64,000 nucleotides of DNA from an uncultured Planctomycetia bacterium (GTDB lineage Bacteria > Omnitrophota > Gorgyraeia > Tantalellales > Tantalellaceae), in contig CAZGQR010000010.1 in NCBI GenBank assembly GCA_964527765.1, positions 1,680 through 65,679 on the forward strand. Direction: 5' to 3'. The translations under genes were made by a program, and so were the position numbers. Positions 24,501 through 30,500 of the stretch are shown here, piece after piece. The notes under the pieces are model-generated. The model was not told the origin of the DNA and ran no database searches. It saw only the letters and a program-made list of their open reading frames with translations. The stretch's first letter is position 1, and each line of letters opens with the position of its first letter.

Positions 24501-27500
24501 AGATGACAGAAAGTTCTCTTTTGAGGTCGGCGGCGTAAGGAAGGAATTTTCAGATCTGTGCCTGCATATCTTTGACCAGGCACAGGAAGGACAAAAAGAA
24601 AAGTACCGCGCGATCGAGATCCCGGGATACGCACAGCGCCTGATGAAGGAAAAACTGGAAACCCCTGAAAAGAAAAGGCCGATCAGCAGGATCGTAAGTT
24701 TATTCAAGAATATCCTGGATGATGTCAAATTCCTCCTGCGGCCTTATTTAAAGAAGAAGTTAAGGTCGTTCCGGAAGGCGACGAAACAAGCCGGCTCGGA
24801 AAAGACTTCCCGTGATCTAAAAGGCCCGAAAGCCGAGGAAACTAACCCTTTGATACAAAATCTTATAAGGGAAAATAAAATAGCCGAGGTCTTCGTGAAA
24901 GAAGGGCGCCTCGCAGCTTATCCCGTTAACTTGGTTGATGGTTACATGCCCGGGGGGGCGCATGAGGATCTTTTCGGGGACCCGATAGATATCGATGAAT
25001 TATTTAGCGCGGCACAGCAAAAGAACATAATGGACTGGATACGAGAGCATCGGCCCCCCGACGGCAAAGACTGGCAAGTTCGTTTTCGCATATTATTGGG
25101 CGACACTGCGCTTGGATGGAAGGATAACGCAGAACACTCCATCATATCCCATGCCGGATACCACGATAGATGTATCTATATAGGCCAGCATTTGCTCGCG
25201 TCCTTATTTGATTCTCCCGACGATCCTGTCCGAAGAATGCTTTTGGACGAGGATGAATACAGACATCTGACAGACATACATTTTGACTGTCGTGCCGACG
25301 AGGCGGCCTACAAAAAAAGATTGGAAGCTGTTGGCGAACGCATCAGGGAAGTCGCATTAAAGGTCAATATAAAGAAAGTCATGGAGAAAGATGTTCTCGG
25401 CAGGGACCTGGTCGGGTATCAGAAGCTGGGTCCGGAAAATGTCCTGGAAGCCGAGAAGAACGCGAAAGAATTCATCGATACCATTTATAAGATCATACGA
25501 GCCGAGGGTAAAACATTCAGTGACAGGGAAAGCCTGGCCAGGTACCTCAGGCGAAGGTTCGGCATACGTAAGTTCATCATTGCCGGCGGTAAGGGAACGC
25601 GGTTCTCTCCCGACGGTATAGTGGTCAAGCAGAATTTTAAACCGGATAACTACAATACCAATATAAAACAATCCAGGAAGTCGGCTGCTTTCGGGAAACT
25701 TGAAGATGTGGTCGTCATCGATACCGTGACCGCTTTTCACATCCTCAAGGAAGACCTCAAGATCCCGAAAAAGATGAAAAAGGACATGCAGGCGAGGCTC
25801 GGGTCCGTTTTTAGCGATCTCGTCAAAGCCGGGGTCGTCGAGAAGAACAGGAGCCGGGACCTGTGCGCCGCTATAGGCAGGATTATCGAGGAAAGCGCGG
25901 ACCGCACGCGCCGCCCCGACGGCCTGCGGGATCTGGCCATGGTGATGAGCATGGCGGCGGAGGAGGTCAGTAAAATCATGGGAAAGGATAATCCCGTGGC
26001 TGAGTTTTTGGTGGATAAAATATCGTACGCCATCTTCAAGGAAGTCATGGCCGAGGACGGTTATGTGGATGACGATAAAAAGGACGAGCTTTTCGGAGAT
26101 GACTGCATAGTGATCCTTGATTCCGGGGAAGGTCACGGCAGCGCTTACGTAGAAGCGCTAAGAGAACTGGATGCAATGGGAGAATTGAAAGATGCGCGAT
26201 ATTCCGTCATTGTTCATGCTGACACGCCGGGGTGGGGTCTTGATAAATACCCGAATTCGGTCTTTATCTCATATCTTAAGACGGTGAATCTCGTATCGCC
26301 GGAAGCGCGTGAACTGCCCAAGGTCACCATAGCGGTGAAAAATCCCATGGATGGCCGGGCCGGGGGCCGCGCGCGTATTTTCATTGACAAAACGGAAAGA
26401 TTCGGAAATATCCCGATGGCTATTAAAGAGTGGAATAATATGACCCCCGATGAACAGCAGGAATCAAATAAAATGGCCGAGGCCAGGGACCCGTACTGGT
26501 TTACGAACGCCAATATATTGATCTGCGATACGGAATGGACACAGAAAAACAGCGATGTGCTCTGGAAAGAATACCGCCATGAGCTGGGCGAAAAGACCAG
26601 GCAGAAACAGAGGCCCCTGGAGCGCTGGACAAGCGATTTTCTCAATATCGCGGCCGCGGAATACGCAAAACGCGTACAGAGGGACCCCGACACCCCGCCG
26701 TTCACGCGTCTTGTATCCATAGGACAGATCGCCCCGAATGCCAATAAAACGCTCCAGCGCGCGCTCGATTACAGGGATGATCTGCAGGAAGAGATAATCG
26801 CGAAAATAAAGAGGCTGGGCGTTGAAGTGGATAAGGACGTAACAATAGCGATTTCCGGAAATGACGTGGGGCCGGGTTTCGACCTGGATGAGGTCATCAG
26901 GAATATTTTTGGCGACGACGGGAACGAGGGAGCAAAATTCGGGAATACCAGGCTGAAGGGCAATATCCATCTCGGCAGTGAGGTAAGGATAGAAAAAGGA
27001 GCCCGGCTGGACGGCACAAGGAGATGCGTGTCGCTTACCGGGAAATGTGTCGTCAAAAGCGGGATCGAATTGGACGGGGTCGTGTCCCCGAATGGTGCCA
27101 GGAAAATAGAAGATACCTGGATATATGACGAAAATGTCTTTTACAAGCACACAAAAACGCGCATAACAGGATTTCCGTTCCAGGACGGCAGAACCATAGA
27201 GGGGGCAAGGGTCCGGAACGTGAATTTCAGTGAAATCGGACTTATTGCTGATAAGAGCACCAAAGTATATCTTGTCAGGGAAGACAGAAAAGAGGAGCGC
27301 CGGAAAGCCGAAGAAGAAGTATGGCGCAGGATCAAAGCGGAAGGAGGAAGAGAATATCCCGCAGAGAGAGCGGTGGCGTACCTCAATTATGCGCGCGGGA
27401 TACTGGTTCCCGTGTCGAATGAACCGGAGTCCAAGGCTGTCCGCAAGAAGATCGATATCGCCCGTGCATTTGCGGAAGCCGCGCTTGACATAGATAAAGA

Positions 27501-30500
27501 CAATGGGGAGGCGCGCGATCTTCTGGCCGAGATAGAAAAGCTTGAAACAACGGTGATCCTCAGGAATATTTTCGGGAATGAACGCTACGGCCGAAAGGTG
27601 ATAGACCAGATATTCCTGTACGGGGAGATCACTCTGGACGAAACGGCCAGGGTCGAGAACGGGACCATGCTTGACGGCCGCGCGGGTGAGATCGTTCTTC
27701 TTGGCCAGACACGCGTGCAGAAAGGTGTTCATATCAAGGGAGTCAAAGCGATAGACACGCGCTTTGCCGGCAAGAAGTATCTTGATATTTACCATTATGA
27801 ACAACCGGCTCATGAGAAAATCGCGTTCTTTAACTCGTCATTTGCGAATTCCTGTGTCGAATATTCCGGAAAGGTCGAGAACTCAACGGTCATCAATTCT
27901 TATATCACCAGCGGCGCGGAAGTGATCGAGTCCGACGTGAAAGATGAGATCGTGGTCGGCGATGATGAAATAATAGGACGGCGCCTGGATGTTAAGAATG
28001 ATATTCTGTCGACATCGATCGAGGCGGAAGAAGGAGTATGTGAATATACCCCGGGCGCTTACCGTCTGGAAGAAAAGATGCCCAGGGACCGTGATGAGAT
28101 CAAGGGATATCAGGTTTCTTACGCCAGGAGGTTATACGGGAGATTTATTGATGACGAACTTATTTTAAACCGCATGCTGGAAGACACGAAACAGTTCCTG
28201 TACAGTAAAGTGATCGACAGGTTCACACTGCAGCAGATCAGGCGGTACATGATCGCCAAGATAATGGAAAATATCAAAGTGTATTATCAGGAACGCGAGC
28301 CCGATCTCCTTAAGGACTTCCGCCCGCTGGTAAATAATCTCAGGGCTTACGCGGAAATACCCATGAAAGACATAGCGGAACTGGATGCCGGAGACAAAGC
28401 GCGGGCGAGAGAGCTGTTCCGAAAAATGGCAATACAGGCGATCCGTTCCAATATTATAGATTTTTCCATGGATCCGAAAGCCTTTGACCTGGAGCTACTG
28501 TCGTCTGCGGGCAGCGGTGAAGGCAGGAACTTTGAAAAGTTTCTTGATAAATATACCAAAAAGGAATTGGGGATCGACGGCTTCGATCACTTCGAAGAAA
28601 TGGTCTTCGGCCCCCGCAAAGGAACCTTTTTGTTCTTCACGGATAACATCGGAGAGGCAGAATTTGACGCGTTGATATGGGGATTTCTTGCCAAAATGGG
28701 GCACACCGTGGTTGTTGCGGCAAAAGACGGGTTTTCCTTCGCGGATATCGATAACAAGGGAGTGGAAAGCATTGTAGAAGAGCACCCCCTGCTGAGAGAA
28801 TATAGAAATGCCGGCAGGATCAAAGTCGTCAAAAGCGGTTCCTTATCCGAGGGCGTTTTCCCTCATATGTTCGGCGAAGAACTTAGGGACGTTCTTAAGG
28901 ACAAGGGACTGATGGCGATCATTGCGAAAGGCCAGGCAAACCTATTCACACTTTCCGCCCGGAACAGGATCAAGGTCCCGGTTGTCGCAATGCTGCTGTC
29001 TAAATCGTTGACGTCGAATCTGGTGACCGGGATTTCTCCGGAAAAGGACAAGGACAAAAAAATCTTCTGGCCGATCGCAGCGGTGGTTCCGGGAGGAGCC
29101 AGTATAATGGACTACGAAGGGGAATTGGGTAATTTCGAGGGGACCATTGAACGGTTCGGCAGGCTGCACGAAGAGATCAAACGGACCAAAGAGTTGGATT
29201 ATTCCGAAATACCGGAGATAGCGGAAGGCCTCCTGGAGAGCAACATAAAGAGCGGTTTTCTAAAAAAAGAATACCGGAAAGGCGTAGCTGAGGAACCGGT
29301 GGAAAAAGGAGCGCCGATATACAAACTGTTGGACAGGTCGGACGACCCTTACGTCCAAAAGATAAGAAGTATTTTAAAGCTCAAGAAGGCATTCGCCTGC
29401 ACTTTATGCAGGATCCCGTATATGTCCAGAGAAGCCTCCAGGTCCATTACGAAATACTGGGAATTTTCTGTTAATCCCGAACCCGTGTTTGATTCGCAGA
29501 TCATCGCGATCCACCGCAGGCACATAAATCAGGGAGCGGTCAATGAGAATTACTATTTTGACATGTTTCGGATATTGGAGAACCTCGGAGAATGGCAGGT
29601 AAGCTGGCCCAGCAGGACCGGGACCAGGTTCCCGGAACATCTGCACGCGCACATGTTCAGACGGGAACGCCCCATGCCGGTAGAAGAGTATTCACTTGAA
29701 CCCATTTGCCGGGACAGGAAAGGTAAAGGTGTGGTTTATTCCGTAAAAGATTATCCGGACAGGGATCATGCCATAACTGCTTTTGTTGTCCCGGGAAGCA
29801 TGGAAAAGCCCGGTATATTTGCAAAGAGGTGCGCCGATCTTGAGACTATAATAAAGGGTTTTGGATACGATGTAGATAAGTTTATCACCAGAAGCAAGGG
29901 AGGAGAATTTAAGGTCTTTTTCTATCCCAGGATCGGCGGGCTCAGGAGCGATGTGGGGCCCGTTGACGTGAGCGGCATCTGGGTCCTCTCGAGAGAAGAA
30001 CAGTACAGGGATTTCAAGTTAGCGGATGTCTACGATCTTCTCTCGGAAACCACACTCAATATGTACAGTGCCAGTCACCAATCATTGGCTGATGCCGTCA
30101 AGAGACTTTTTTATGAATCCGAGGGCATAGGCCTCTTTCCGCCCAGCATGGACCTGCTTGTGACCGATAGGTGCAATCTGCATTGCAAGGTGTGCTGGGG
30201 GTCGTTCATGCCCAGGCACGAATCCGTAGGCACGGAAAAGCAGAAAAGGATGATAGATATCATGCATGAGAACGGTATGAGGCGTATGATCTTCACGGGC
30301 GGCGAGCCGCTTCTTGAAGCAAATCTGGCGGACCTGTTAAAGCACGCGAAGGAAAAAGGCATAACCACGCAGCTGTTTACGAACGGCCTGTTGATGGATG
30401 AGGCAAAAACCGATGAGATCATGCCGTACGTGGATATGATATCATTGTCGCTTGACGGGTATGATGACCAGACAAACAGCCTGAACCGAAAGCCCGGCCA

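Noticed and set aside
28560-28800. Possible DUF89/ARMT1-like damage-control phosphatase motif (FFTDNIGEAEFD)
   Set aside because: A single short motif is too weak to call a domain without a profile search.
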